Shown here: in pieces, positions 1-13,267 of the stretch
Position numbering within the stretch: position 1 is the first letter of the stretch
Layout: each line of letters begins with the position of its first letter
Assembly: GCF_006345805.1 (NCBI RefSeq)
Contig: NC_042999.1
Location: 159,960,001 to 160,024,000 of the forward strand
Length of the DNA: 64,000 nucleotides
Source of the DNA: Octopus sinensis
Taxonomy: Eukaryota
Direction: 5' to 3'
Notes under the pieces: generated by a model
What the model was told of the DNA's origin: nothing
The model's database searches: none
The model's input: only the letters and a program-made list of their open reading frames with translations
Program-made: the position numbers and the translations under genes

Positions 1-987
1 CCAACTGTAAATAAATTCCAGATCCAATTTATATACACAATAAGTGGTTCTAAGCATAACACCATGAAATTCATACTTCTGAATGTATAGAAAAGCATAG
101 GAGAAATGATAGGGAGGGAGATACTCAGGTACACCATCTACTGGTAAAATAGTTAAGTGGGTGCGAAAAAAAAAAATGTTAATTACAGTTAAATGCAAAT
201 AAAGAAACAAAAAGCTATAAAACTTACTGATTAGTTCTTGTAATGAAAGGCAATGAAAACAAATTCGAAATTTAAATTAATCAAAATTAATTAAAAATTA
301 CATGAAGACAAGCAGTGGAGAACAAGTCTGATCTTTGAGAAGTACAGTGACAACACCAGAGATGCTTTAGTTTTGTTAGGATCTGATAACTGCTGGTGAG
401 AATATACACCACAGAGGAGGACCAATAAGGCTGGAATATATCTAGAGTTATCACCATACTTGCCAAAGATAAGATGCACACCTCATCGCATGTCCCAATT
501 CAATTTTTAATTAATCTTGATCGTTTAAATTTCAGAATTGCTTCCTTTGCCTCTTTTGACTTGAAAGAATAATTATGCTAATGGAATGCTTTCTCCTCAC
601 TCTATTGTCTACAAATATATTTACATTAGCTAACCTTATTCAGATAGGAAAATGGAAATGAAAATATATCCTGAAGTAAATTCTTGAATTCAATCCTTTA
701 AATATTCTTAATATTATACAATATCCCATTTCTATAATACTGGTAATTATTTGCAAGGGATAATATTTGAATTCTATAATAATGTCAGAACAGTATGAGA
801 TTTTGCAGTCCTCAAATTGAGAAGTGCAAGTTACACACTTTTACCAATGACACAATTACTCTAAATAAAATGATCATTTAAAACTGTTCTAAAAATATAT
901 GGTTACAATATGATAAATATGAGCACATTAATTCAAATATAGTAAACACACACACACACACATATATGTATGTATATAAATAGCTAA

Positions 988-1034
<47 letters not shown>

Positions 1035-1289
1035 CTTGATAAATGTAAGCACCTGTATATGCCAGCTAGTAGCAGAGGTGAGAGGATATATGTATCAAAT
1101 GAAATAAAATGAAAAACAGGACACAAAGGATGTCGCGGTACACATGTTTCGAGCTTTATAAAACAACTTATTCTTACATCAATGTATAATCGACATAACA
1201 GATAGTTTAAAAGCCCTCTTTGATGCTGAGCTAGTTTTCCACCTCATTTCTCAAAAATCACGGTAGAGGCCTTGGTCTAGGGACCACTC

Positions 1290-4175
1290 ATGTCTAGAAA
1301 CAGAGCGGGGGTAAGCAAGGGCATGCTCCCTGTAGAAAATCCAGCTACGAAAAAGTCTCATGATAATAGCAAAGGAGAATGGGCACCAGCCAACCCAACG
1401 GTTGGGGTAGGCTGCACCTGCCTACCTAAAAAGGGAAGGTGCAAACCCTCATCCTGGGTTGCGCAAGTATGACTTGCCTAATAAGCTTGGGTTGAGGTTG
1501 GGAAGTTGGAATGTGGGCAGTCTGTGTGGAAGGGAAACTGAGGTATGTGAAGAATTGAAGAGTAGGAGGGTGGATGTGTGCTGTGTGCAGGAGGTTAAGT
1601 GGAGGGGCCAGGGTGTAAGAGAAGAAGGTACAAGTTGTGGTGGTCAGGAAACAGCAGGGAGACTGGAGGTGTAGGAATTTCGGTGAGGGAAGAAATCTAT
1701 GAGAAGGTGGTGATGGTCAGGAGAATGAGTGACAAAGTGATGACAGTAGTGTTAGCATTTGAGGAAGAAGTGGTGAGGGTGATTTGTGGGTATGGTTTGC
1801 AAAGTGAAAGAGGGACCACAGAGAAAGAGCAGATCATGATGAAATGGCGAATGAATAGGACTTACAAAAGATAGATGAATTGGTTTTGGGCATGGGTGAT
1901 TTTAATGGTCATGTTGGGAGATGGATCCAGGGCTTTGAGGTTGTGTATGGGGGGAAATGGAATTGGGGAGAGAAATTTGGAAGGAAGGATGCTGTTGGAG
2001 TTTTGTGATGACGAGTTGTGTATGGCAAATACATGGTTTAGGAAAACACAGGAAAGGAAGGTGACTTTCAGTAGAGGAAGGAATGAGACAGAGATTGATT
2101 TCATGTTGGTTGGCAGGAAAAACAGAAAATATCTGAGAGATGTGAAGACAATACCAAGGGAATTGCAGCACAGGTTGGTGGTTGCTGACTTGGATAAGAG
2201 GGAAGTTAAAAAGCTTGTGAGAAAGGGAACGGTTGAGGGGAGAAAGGTGTGGAAACTGAGGGAAGAAGAAACAAGAGCAAAGTTTGAGGAGAGAGTTGGG
2301 GAGTGGGTAAGCATTGATGCAACTGATTTGTGGAAGTCTTTTAAAGAAGGGGTACTAAAAATATGTTGAAGGATGAGGGTAGGAGAAATCAAGGAGATAC
2401 ATGGTGGTGGAACAAGGAGGTGAGGGATGGGATAGCAAGGAAGGAAGAAGGAGGCGCACAAAGCTTTATGTAATAATAGGACTGAGCAAATGAAAACCAG
2501 GTATAACAACATGAAGAATCATGCAAAGAGGGTGGTTGCGAGAACCCAGATAGAGTATTTAAGTTTATTAAATCAATGAAAAATGATGGAAGAGATGTTG
2601 AGGGATGAAGATACATGAGGGGAGTGGTAGAAGCCTGAATTTTACTGAGAAGGATGGGAAGAGTTTGAAAGGGGCATATGGAGGGAATTATGAATGAGGA
2701 AAATGAATGGGATTAAAGGGTGGAAGTTGCTGTGGTGAAGGGGCAAGTGGAGAGGGTTAACTGGGAAGAAGTAGCAGCAGCAATGAAGGAAATGAAAACA
2801 GGAAAGGCAGCTGGTCCATGAGAAGTGTGGAAATGATAACCGCAAGTGGAGAGATAGGGATTGTTGTGATGCTGGAGCTCTGCCAAGATGTGCTGGATGA
2901 AGAGGAATACCGGACAACTAGGCACTAAGTGTGGTGGTACCGATCTTCAAGGGGAAGGGGGATGCAATGAGTTGCAGGGCGTAAAGAGGAGTGAAATTAT
3001 TGGAGCATGCAATGAAGATAGGGGAAAGGATATTGGAGAGGAGAATTCGGAAAGGGGTGGATGTGGATGAGATGCAATTTGGTTTTATGCCAGGAAGGGG
3101 GACAATAGATGCAGTGTTCATTGTAAGGAGATTGCAGGAGAAATACAGAGATAAGGGGAAGGAGTGCCTCGTTGATCTGGAGAATTTATTTGATAAGGTT
3201 CCAAGGAAGGTGACTGAGTGCACATTGAAGAAGATAGGTGTAGAAGAGGTAATAGTGAGAACAGTGATGAGTTTCTTTGAGGGGCTGAAGAAAAGAGTGA
3301 GAATTGGATGAGGGCTGTCGGAGGTGAAGTTGATGTGCATCAGGGATCTGTGTTGTCACCATTGTTGTTTGCAATAGTGGTTGATGTGGAGACAGAAAGT
3401 GCAAGAGAGGGACTGATAATGGAGATACTGTATGCAGATGATATTGTTCTGAGGAGTGAGACAATGTAGGGATTGAGGGATAAGTTCTGGAAATGGAAGA
3501 AGGCATTTGAAAGCAAGGGCTTGAAGGTAAACCTCGGGAAGACAAAGGTGATGGTGAGTGGGGTGGGAGGAGAAGTGTTAGTGAGTAAGGTGGATCCATG
3601 TGGTGTGTGTTGGAGGAGGGTAATGGCAAATGCAGTGCTGTGTACGAGATGTGAGAAATGGATTCATGGTAGATGTACGAAAATGAAGAAGGTGATCCCA
3701 AGACTGGTGAGAGAGTTTGTTTGTAGATGTGAGAAAGGAGGTGGAGGTCTGGCGAAATCAGTGGGAATACTATGTGATGAGGTGGAGATGGTGAGAGGGT
3801 TTTGTTATTTGGGAGATAGGGTGGATGTAAGTGGTGGGTGTGAAGCAGCTGTGACAGCAAGAGTGAGACTTGGTTGGGTGAAGTTCAGGAAATGTGGAGC
3901 GTTGTTATAGGGGAAAAGGTTCTCATTGAAGACGAAAGGAAAAGTCTACAGGAGTTGTGTGAGAGCTGCAATGCTGTATGGGAGTGAGACATGGTGTTTG
4001 AGAGTGAGAGAGAGAGAGAGAGAGAGATGGCAACTTTGAGAAGGACTGAGAGAGCAATGGTGAGAGAAATGTGTGGTGTGAGGCTCTTTGATAAGAGGAG
4101 GATTGAGGAATCAGTGGTATGAGCGAAGGATGAGGAGGGATGAGGAGCATGTTTTGAAGAGTTTGAGGTAAATGG
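1290..4175 (+). mobile_element. Older, degenerate RTE LINE of a different subfamily (EN, RT, PHD-like finger)
   Basis: Fragments LRLGSWNVGSL, TEIDFMLV, QFGFMPGRGTIDAVF, tatgcagatgat (YADD), PCGVC..CTRCEKWIHGRC and LYGSETW; many stops and frameshifts. Confidence 0.92.
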
Positions 4176-4185
4176 ACAGCAAAGA

Positions 4186-4205
4186 AAATACACACACATA
4201 TCTAA

Positions 4206-4252
<47 letters not shown>

Positions 4253-4256
4253 TATG

Positions 4257-4309
<53 letters not shown>

Positions 4310-4354
4310 CTAAATATATATATACATATACACATATACACACACACACACATC

Positions 4355-4392
<38 letters not shown>

Positions 4393-4542
4393 AACATATC
4401 TAAATATATATATATACACACACACATATCTAAATATATATATATACACACACACATATCTAAATATATATATACACACACACATATCTAAATATATATA
4501 TACACACACACATATCTAAATATATATATACACACACACATC

Positions 4543-4584
<42 letters not shown>

Positions 4585-4733
4585 TATCTAAATATATATA
4601 TATACACACACATATCTAAATATATATTTATATACACACATACATACATATATATATATACACATACACATATCTAAATATATATATACACACATACATA
4701 TCTAAATATATATATACACACATACATATCTAA

Positions 4734-4768
<35 letters not shown>

Positions 4769-4770
4769 TT
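4186..4770. repeat. Compound micro/minisatellite [ATATCTAAAT(AT)n(AC)n], resuming at 5133-5315
   Basis: Direct reading. Confidence 0.95.
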
Positions 4771-4802
4771 TAAAAAAAAGGAGATGTCGAACACGAGTGG
4801 TG

Positions 4803-5130
4803 ATATATAAAAAAGGAAATGAAGAAAATGCTGACAAATAATTGAAGTAATTTAAGTAATTTAATTAGGTGAAAGTTCTTTTTACCGGTTGCGCATTTGT
4901 TATGCTTATCAAAATATGAAAGAGAGATTAGAGTCTGTCTCTTATATGTGAGATTAGAGTCTGTCTCTTATATGAGATTAGAGTCTGTCTCACATATAAG
5001 AGACAGACTCTAATCTCTCTTTCATATTTTGATAAGCATAACAAATGCGCAACCGGTAAAAAGAACTTTCACCTAATTAAATTACTTAAATTACTTCAAT
5101 TATTTGTCAGCATTTTCTTCATTTCCTTTT

Positions 5131-5138
<8 letters not shown>
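4803..5138. repeat. Perfect 151-bp inverted repeat with a 34-bp spacer
   Basis: 4803-4953 is the reverse complement of 4988-5138 by eye. Confidence 0.92.
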
Positions 5139-5172
<34 letters not shown>

Positions 5173-5207
5173 CTAAATATATATATATATACACACACAC
5201 ACACATC

Positions 5208-5271
<64 letters not shown>

Positions 5272-5814
5272 TCTAAATATATATATATATACATATATAT
5301 ATATACACATATATAGAGATTCAGATGAATATGGTACTTAAGTTGAAGGCACCAGAATTTACTATGGTATTATCTATATAATTTAAAATAAAGTGATTAT
5401 AATCAAAATAAGCAACAAGGATATGCAGAGGTAATGCAGTACGAACATTTCATGCGTCTCCATTTAATTGAACAATGCAAATATTACATCAATTTAAAAT
5501 GTAGAGCAATCTTCAGCTGCATATAGAATTTAGTTAAATTCAAAGGACTCATTTGTATAATTTTTTTATCCAAAATCACAAAGAGGATAAGTAGATAGAC
5601 AAAGAACATGTTTTATCAACAACATCACAGTTGTAACTGAGAATTTTTCAAACAAGACACTGCTTATCACTGATTATTTCTGTTATTTAGATTTACTAGT
5701 GGGGGGGACAGTTTTAATTTATAGACTAGTTTATCAAATCTAAGAGAAACCAGAGTGTATCCTTTATGAATAGGGCAAAATAGACAATTTAAGTGGCAGA
5801 CTTGTATCAGAAAA

Positions 5815-5960
5815 ACGGCTCTGTCCGATCCTTTGGTAATGTACTTGCATACGTAATGTATGGATTTTACAGAATTACAGAATTCTTCGTTGATGTGTGC
5901 ATGAAATGTTTTCCAGAGCATCTTCTTGTGGGGCACGACACACCAATTGCCAACCAAAAT
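5815..5960 (-). mobile_element. Helitron Rep (HUH) domain fragment
   Basis: NWCVVPH..LWKTFHAHINEEFCNSVKSIHYVCKYITKGSDRAVF matches the Helitron motif VVPY..LL..F.AHINVE.CNSVKSIKY..KY..KGSD. Confidence 0.85.
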
Positions 5961-6164
5961 AGTGTGGTGAGGGATACAATCATTTTCTGAATGTTACTTT
6001 GTAAAGAGTTACCTCCCTTACCCACAATAGTCACCCTACAACAGAAATGGAGGTTTTATTGAACCTTTCTAAGCCTAGAAGCCCCATTACATACACACGT
6101 CTTCCATCTTATATATTAAAGATATATCAACTCATATATATGCATGCATACATGTCTAAATACG

Positions 6165-6204
<40 letters not shown>

Positions 6205-6951
6205 ACATAAACATTTTTTACATATATATGCGTGTGTGTATGTGGAGGTGCGTGGCTTAGTGGTTAGGGTGTCAACATCATGATCGTAAGATTGTAGATT
6301 CCTGGACCAGGCGATGTGTTATGTTCTTGAACAAAGCAGACTAGAGTCTGGTACAGCCTTCCAGCTTGCCAGTCCTAGTTAAACCATCCAACCCATGCCA
6401 GCATGGACAACAGACATTAAATGATGATGATGATGATGATGATGACACGAGTTAAAAAACAAAAAATGCACTATATGTATGTATGTATATATATATATAC
6501 ATGCACAAACACAGATGGTTATGATATAATTGCAGCTATACTGGGGCACTCACTTGAATAATTTTTTGTTGAATTACGACTCCAGAGCTTATTCTTTTAA
6601 AGCTTGGTACTTATTCTATCCATATCTTTTACCAAACTGTCATGTTACAGGGACATAAATACACCAACACCAGTTGTCAAGCAGTGGGGGTCAAACACAT
6701 ACGCACACATCTATGACCGGTTTCTCCCAGTTTCTGTCTACCAAATCCACTCAATAGGTTTCTTTGTCAGCCTGCAGCTATAGCAAAAGACATGACCTAA
6801 GTGTCTTGCAGTGGGACTGGATTTCAAACCATGTATTTGGAAAGCAAATTTCTTACCACACAGCTACATATATGAAAATTGTCTGAAGGGATGTACAGGT
6901 TTTATATAGAGAAGAAAAACAAGGTAGTTAAAAATTTGGATAAAAACTATT

Positions 6952-7365
6952 AGATCTTTTCGGTTTGAACAGCAGTTTTTTAAAATAATTTCCACGTAAC
7001 TAAACACTTTTTTAACTTCATATACTGGTAGAATGTGTTTATAAAACATCTTTTTCTCTTGGCTTCATTGAGAAAATTCTATAGTTTGTAAGATATTTGT
7101 TGTTTTTTTACTTCAATTTCTGCAATTTCAACCAATCAATGACATCTATTGAGGTGAAAACATTCTGTGCCATATGAATATGTCCCTCGTTTAAGAAACA
7201 GATTGGGTTTATTTACATTTCTGAAGAAAAAAAAAAGATACCCTTCCCCCACCCCTAACCCTAAAACAGATTGAAATGCAATAGATCGATTCTAGGGTCA
7301 TAATTATGGGTGACAATTTCATATGACACCGCTAGAAAAAACTGCCGTTCAAACCGAAAAGATCC
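6952..7365. mobile_element. MITE with TIR of about 27 bp (GGATCTTTTCGGTTTGAACGGCAGTTTT)
   Basis: TIRs at both ends; flanked by aaactatt at 6944-6951 and 7366-7373 (8-bp TSD). Confidence 0.85.
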
Positions 7366-8045
7366 AAACTATTTATACAGTGCTTCTATGCCTTTCGAGG
7401 ATTCATCATGACGCACACAAATACAGCTAAATTTAATGCATCATAGTCCGGAAATGACTTAGCTAGCCGAAACTTCGGAGTCACTGTCAACAACGTTCTT
7501 GTTTTAGAATGATAAACTTTTACTCTCCAAAAGTATAGAGAAGCCCACCAGATTAATATAAAATTGCGCTTAAAAGTAAGGGGCATTACTCTTCCATACT
7601 TGAATTAATTCCCTTGATCATTTTTTTCTTTTTCACATACGTAGTTGTTCTATATTTGCTTTTTATTAGTGTTTTGGCAAATTAGTATAACAAGTGTATA
7701 ACAAATGTCAATAATTTGAATCTTTGAAAGATATCTGATATAGGTACAGACTTCATCCTCTGGGCTTAACAGCTCAGCTAGTAAGGAGCAGAATCAAAAA
7801 ATAGAATTTGTGTCGATAATCAAAAATTTTTATCACCTTAAGCTATTCAATAACTGTTATATATTTAAAGATTCGTGGATGATGTTAGGAATTTTATGGG
7901 AGTTCTGAAGTGATAATATTCTTATCTTCTCAATCAGCATTCCGAAGATCAAATTCTACTCAACTAAATTTCACTTCTTTCCCAGTAGTGTCAGTATGTA
8001 TACTAATGTATAACAAACTTCAGATTAAAACCATTGTTTGTAAAG

Positions 8046-8426
8046 CTCTTACTCTTACTCTTATACTTGTTTCAGTCATGTGACTGTGGCCATGCTGGAG
8101 CACTGCCTTTAGTCGAGCAAATCGACCCCGGGACTTATTCTTTGTAAGCCTAGTACTTATTCTATTGGTCTCTTTTGCCGAACTGCTAAGTTACGGGAAC
8201 GTAAACACACCAGCATCGGTTGTCAAGCGATGTTGGGAGGACAAACGCAGACACACAAACACGCACATACATATATATATATATATACGACGGGCTTCTT
8301 TCAGTTTCCGTCTACCAAATCCAATCACAAAGCTTTCGTCGGCCCGAGGCTATAGTAGAAGACCCTTGCCCAAGGTGCCACGCAGTGGGACTGAACCCGG
8401 GACCAAGTTACTTACCACACAGCCAC
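8046..8426 (-). mobile_element. tRNA-derived SINE family A
   Basis: Shared body (cccactgcgtggca.cttgggcaag...gactgaaacaagtaaaagag) with an internal (TA)/(TG) tract. Confidence 0.9.
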
Positions 8427-9153
8427 GAGAAATTTCATTCTGAAGAATATTTTATCCGGCACATAATTCATCAACCTATTGCATGGATAAAGTATTCACA
8501 CACTTTTCTATATACTTCTCAAACTATAGCTACTAAAATTCTACCAGTAATAAGTTTCAACTAATCTGTTTCTCTATGTAATTGCACAGTTTGTTAGAAA
8601 TTCAGTCAAATTTCCACCAAATCATGCCCAACTGACTTCTCTTTTAGACTTCTATCATCCTCTCACTCTCACCTCACACAGTTACATGGGAGAAAAAAGG
8701 ACAAATGCATGAAGAAAATGCAGGAAAGAAGGGACTCTTTTTACTTTTTCCACAGACAAGACAACCTTCTGATGCTTGTTATCACATGGAAACAAGATAG
8801 AGAAGATTCATTAGTATTGCTGGGGACAAGACAACTCATCAAGTGATGGTGTCATGATGAAGTGTACCGGTACACTCTGTAAAGTGGTTGGTGATAAGAA
8901 GAGTACCGAAGCATAGAACCCAAATTAAAATATGTGGAACATGCAAGTGAGATGTGATGCCTGACCCATCTAGGAGGACAATAACTAACAAAAAAATTAC
9001 TTGAGTTGTGACGATCCATCCAACTTTTGCGAACATGGAAAAGTGGACATAAAAGTGATAATATGTATTATCTAATATATGTAACTAATATTCTGTAAAT
9101 CTAATGTTTACAGTTATATACGACAATAAAAGTAGTAAAGAAAAATATGTTAC

Positions 9154-9292
9154 CTCTATATGAGTTTCCAATTCCCTAAGCAAGCTTGGATATTTATCAA
9201 GACGTGTGAATGGTTTAGAAAGATTTGTAGTTAAGGTCATTGCACCAGGAACAGGAGCACCAAGGTATTCCATAAATTTGTTAAGTTCTTCC
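9154..9292 (-). CDS. ARHGEF7: PIX-family RhoGEF exon: DH domain ([46 protein letters not shown])
   Basis: Acceptor tttgacAG, donor GTaaca, 139 nt, phase 2 to 0. LTT.LSKPF.RLDKYP.LL.ELE motif is diagnostic of PIX. Confidence 0.96.
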
Positions 9293-10580
9293 CTGTCAAA
9301 CAGAAGTAAAATGGAGTAAGGAAACCATGGTGATGAAAGAGCATTAACATTTAACTTTAAAGTAAATGAAAATAAAAAACTTATTTTTAACTTGAAATAA
9401 ATTTCTCCAGTTTTAAGCAGTCTACAAAATAATCAGTAGAGTCTGCTCAACAAAAATATTTTTGTTTGAGAATGAACATTCTGAGACAAGTTGTCTAAGA
9501 GGATACTTCACTCCAAATCAGGATAACAATTGCTTGCATCTAAAAAATGTAAATTTTATATCACATTTGATACCAAAATGTTTCGATTTCTATCAGTTCA
9601 CTGCCTTTTTTGATGGAGAATGACAGAACAACTGAGGGAGAAAAAAAATTTCAAAGTTTTAATTTTGTTGTTTTAATTATTGAAATCACTGGTTTACCAG
9701 TTTTCTCACAAACGTTTAAATCTTTCGACAATTTACTTAAATGAAAGTACACACATATACATATGTATGGATGGAGGTGTTAAATAGTCGCTCAATTTTT
9801 TTTTTTTTTTCTTCAGACTCCTATATTTTCATTCACAGAATTTACAACTTTACATATACTACCAAAGGGGGTTAAAAAGTAAAGAAAAAACAACAACTTT
9901 TCAAAATCTTAATTTTCTCTTCCCCCATTTTTGCTACCTTTTTAACCAAATTTTCTTTTTCTCTATTTTTAATTCAATATTTAAAATACAACAGAAATTA
10001 TGTATTTTGAGATTAGTATCTTTTTTCAAACTTATCATTTTTGTAGAAATTAACCCTAATCCCTGATCCTCAGCATTTAAAAAAACCTACATCTACCCAG
10101 CCTGAACCTCCCTGAAGCTTTTAAATTCATTTGCAGATACAGGGATGCTTACTGAAGCAAAAGACAACATAAAGGAAAAGACAAACTTTTACTTTTTTCC
10201 ATTTTGTAAGTTCAACTTGTAAGCATTGATCAGCTTCAGGTTACGACACTAGCCATTTGCCCAATGTTTTATGTAGTGCAGGAGTATTGAACTCAAAACC
10301 AAATGGCTGCAAAGCAAACTTCTTAACAGCCATGCTTGTGGCCATGTCGATCACCATTTGCTGGGTCCTAATAATGTAATAATGCATCACGTGTTTTGTA
10401 GCAATAATAATAATGGGACTGTGAGTGTCATACGGTTCCTATCAGCAATACTATATTTGAAATGTCATGTATAATTACTAACAACAAACGATAATCATGT
10501 TGACATTCTAAAACGTAAACATGTAAATGCATATGAAGCCAAAACTAAATTAATAAGTATACAAAGTATTTCTCTCTTAC

Positions 10581-10703
10581 CACTTCGCTTGTAAAATAGC
10601 AACAGCAGACGGGTGATTAGAACAGTAAACCAAGTAAAGTTCTTTTAGAGTGGAAGCATGTTCCATAAATACTCCGCCCATACGTCGTTGGACAGAAGGA
10701 AGC
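10581..10703 (-). CDS. ARHGEF7: PIX-family RhoGEF exon: DH domain (LPSVQRRMGGVFMEHASTLKELYLVYCSNHPSAVAILQAK)
   Basis: Acceptor gatttAG, donor GTaaga, 123 nt, phase 2 to 2. YCSNHPSAV motif. Confidence 0.95.
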
Positions 10704-10911
10704 CTAAATCAGAAGACAGAAAATATGTACATGAATCAAATGAATGAATAACGACACAGAAAATACTTTCCAAAATACAATTCTGGCTAAAGACGATTGT
10801 AAAGAGACACAAATGCTCATTCATGCATTCAAATCATTTACTAAAATTAATTCAAAATTAAAAACAAAAAGTACCTTATATACATACATACACATATATA
10901 CTCCACCCATC

Positions 10912-11252
10912 TAATACCCGTGGGCATATTTACAAAGTCAGAAAACAGCACAGCTCCCATGACTTTAGGAAACATTTTTTCACGCTGAGAGTTGCTGAGG
11001 CATGGAACAAACTGCCGGCATCAGTTGTTAGTTGTCGGAGCACTGCATCCTTCAAAATTTCCTTGCTTTCTGAGATTCGCCAACACTACACCTGATTTTC
11101 TCCTCTCCATACACACACAAGCAGGTATCTGACTCATGCATTGTTCGCTTTCCAGACATTTGTACATTACTGCATATACTTTATACGCACTTTTTGGCGA
11201 GCTGTAGTGCACCTGAGCACTGTATACAATAATTTCATTATTATTATTATAC
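10912..11252 (+). mobile_element. CR1-clade LINE 3' end (ORF2 C-terminus, 3' UTR, (ATT)n tail)
   Basis: Hand translation GHIYKVRKQ...RKHFFTLRVAEAWNKLPASVV..STASFK. A reverse copy of the 3' UTR lies at about 15850-15992. Confidence 0.85.
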
Positions 11253-12734
11253 ATCATTTAGTCAGGTGGGACAACAGTGCTCATGATGCCAGTTGCCAAG
11301 ACTGGTGGAAGGGAAGGAGAAAGGTACCCTCAAATCTGAGACTTGGCATAGTGACCTCTGCTAAAGACAACCCAAGATGCTTGACAGTAGAATCAAACCA
11401 GGTAACAGATTAAATCTAGGTATATGTGATTGAAATCAAGTGTATGGGTGGGGTGCCATGATACCATTATCAGGTATACTGGTTTCAAATTTTGGCATAA
11501 GGCCAGCAATTTTGGTGGAGAGGTAAGTTGATTACATGAGCCCTTGTATTCAATTTTATTGACTTTGAAAGCATGAAAGGCAAAATCGACCACAGTGGAA
11601 TTTGAACTCAGAACGTAAAGATGGACAGAAGACGACTAAGCATTTTGCCCAGCATGTGAACAATTCTACCAGCTCGCTGCCTTAACCTTATCAAAAATAT
11701 TAAGGCCTAAAATCTTTGGCAAAAATAAAATCTATATCAAATTTTAACATCGAAAAGGTGCCTGTGGTTAATGCAAATTAACCATGTTGAATAATCAGGT
11801 AGACTTGGTTTCATTCAAGAGTTACAAGAAACTTATGATTTTTAAGTTGTAGAAACCCTAACATTGCAGTGATACTCGTTAAAAATAATCATTCAAGTTC
11901 AAAGGGTAAAGACTCCCTTCAATTATGAAGGGCCATGGGATTGCACCTAGGAAGTTACCCTCTGAGGCACAAGTCTGGGCAAGATTGTTTATGGAAGACC
12001 AGCAATTGCTCATGCACACCAGCCTCCCCTCTCCATGCTACCAGTGTTATACAAGGGAAAGGCAAAGGGGCCGATACAGCTTGGCACTAGTGACATCGCA
12101 ACTCATTTCTACAGCTGAGTGAACTGGAGCAATGCAAAATAAAGTGTCTTGCTCAAAAACACATCACACAGCCCAGCAATAAAACTCACTACCTCATGAC
12201 TGTGAGCCCAGCACTCTAACCACTGAGCCATAAGCCTCCACAAATTACATTCAAGTTACATAGGATGTGTATGCCTGATACAGTTAGTTATTGAAGAGAA
12301 CCACAGATATGAAATGCACCAGTAATGTTCAAGTATTTTTTAAAAATGCCAATTTTAGTTTACTAATATCTTATAGGAGCATAGCAAAGGATTTTACTGA
12401 CAATTATTTCCATCCTGGATTTGTTGGTAGAATTTTAGTATGTCAGCCTATGTGCATTTTGGTATCTGTTGCAGCCCTATAAGCTCTTAATTCAGGTCCC
12501 ACCTTCTGTTATTGGGGGTAAAAAAAAAAAACAATAAAAAAAAACAAATAGTGCTAGTCTTGGGAAAGCCTTATGCAAGTACTCAAGTATTTCAGCTGAC
12601 CATTCTCAATGCCAACAAACCAGCTGGCATTCAATGCACAAAAGAACATCTACCCATGCACATGCTTATACATATCCACACACACACAGATGATTCATAG
12701 AAATATATAACATGATCATATTAATACCATATAT

Positions 12735-13140
12735 GGATCTTTTCGGTTTGGATGACAGTTTCTAACATAATTTCTAGGTAACTAAAAAAATTTTAAACTT
12801 CGTATACTGGTAGAATGTGTTTATAAAACATCTTTTTCTCTTGGCTTTATTGAGAAAATTCTATAGTTCGTAAGATATTTGTCGGTTTTTTTTCTTCAAT
12901 TTCTGCAATTTCAACCAATCACTGACGTCCATTGAGGTAAAAAAAAAACATTCTGTGCCGTATGAATATGTCCCTCGTTTAAGAAACAGATTAGGTTTAT
13001 TTACATTTGTGAAGAAAAAAAAGATACCCTTCCCCCCACCCCTAACCCTAAAACAATAGATCGATACTAGGGTCATAATTATGGGTGACAATTTCATATA
13101 ACACCGCTAGAAAAAACTGCCATTCAAACCGAAAAGATCC
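12735..13140. mobile_element. Second copy of the GGATCTTTTCGG MITE
   Basis: Collinear with 6952-7365; TIRs present; no TSD visible. Confidence 0.85.
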
Positions 13141-13171
13141 ACAGTAAAACTGACTAAAAATTATATCTTAC

Positions 13172-13267
13172 GTATTAACTTCTTCTAAAGAAGATAAAAA
13201 TTTTTGTTGAAAAGCAAAAATCTCTTCAAGATTACCAGTGAGTTGACTAAATTCTGCCTGAGTTAAT
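13172..13267 (-). CDS. ARHGEF7: PIX-family RhoGEF exon: DH domain (LTQAEFSQLTGNLEEIFAFQQKFLSSLEEVN)
   Basis: Acceptor cctttcAG, donor GTaaga, 96 nt, phase 2 to 2. GNLEEI..FQQ..LEE motif. Confidence 0.94.

Noticed and set aside
287-481. Short minus-strand ORFs as the next PIX exon
   Set aside because: No match to the expected H.DR.D.Q DH C-terminal motif in the frames I checked.
1862-3860. Long minus-strand ORFs (216, 140 and 224 aa)
   Set aside because: Antisense shadows of the purine-rich RTE ORF.
3885-4481. 198-aa and other C/V/Y/I- or H/T-rich ORFs (also 27295-27738, 29956-30597, 40351-40788)
   Set aside because: Translations of dinucleotide microsatellites.
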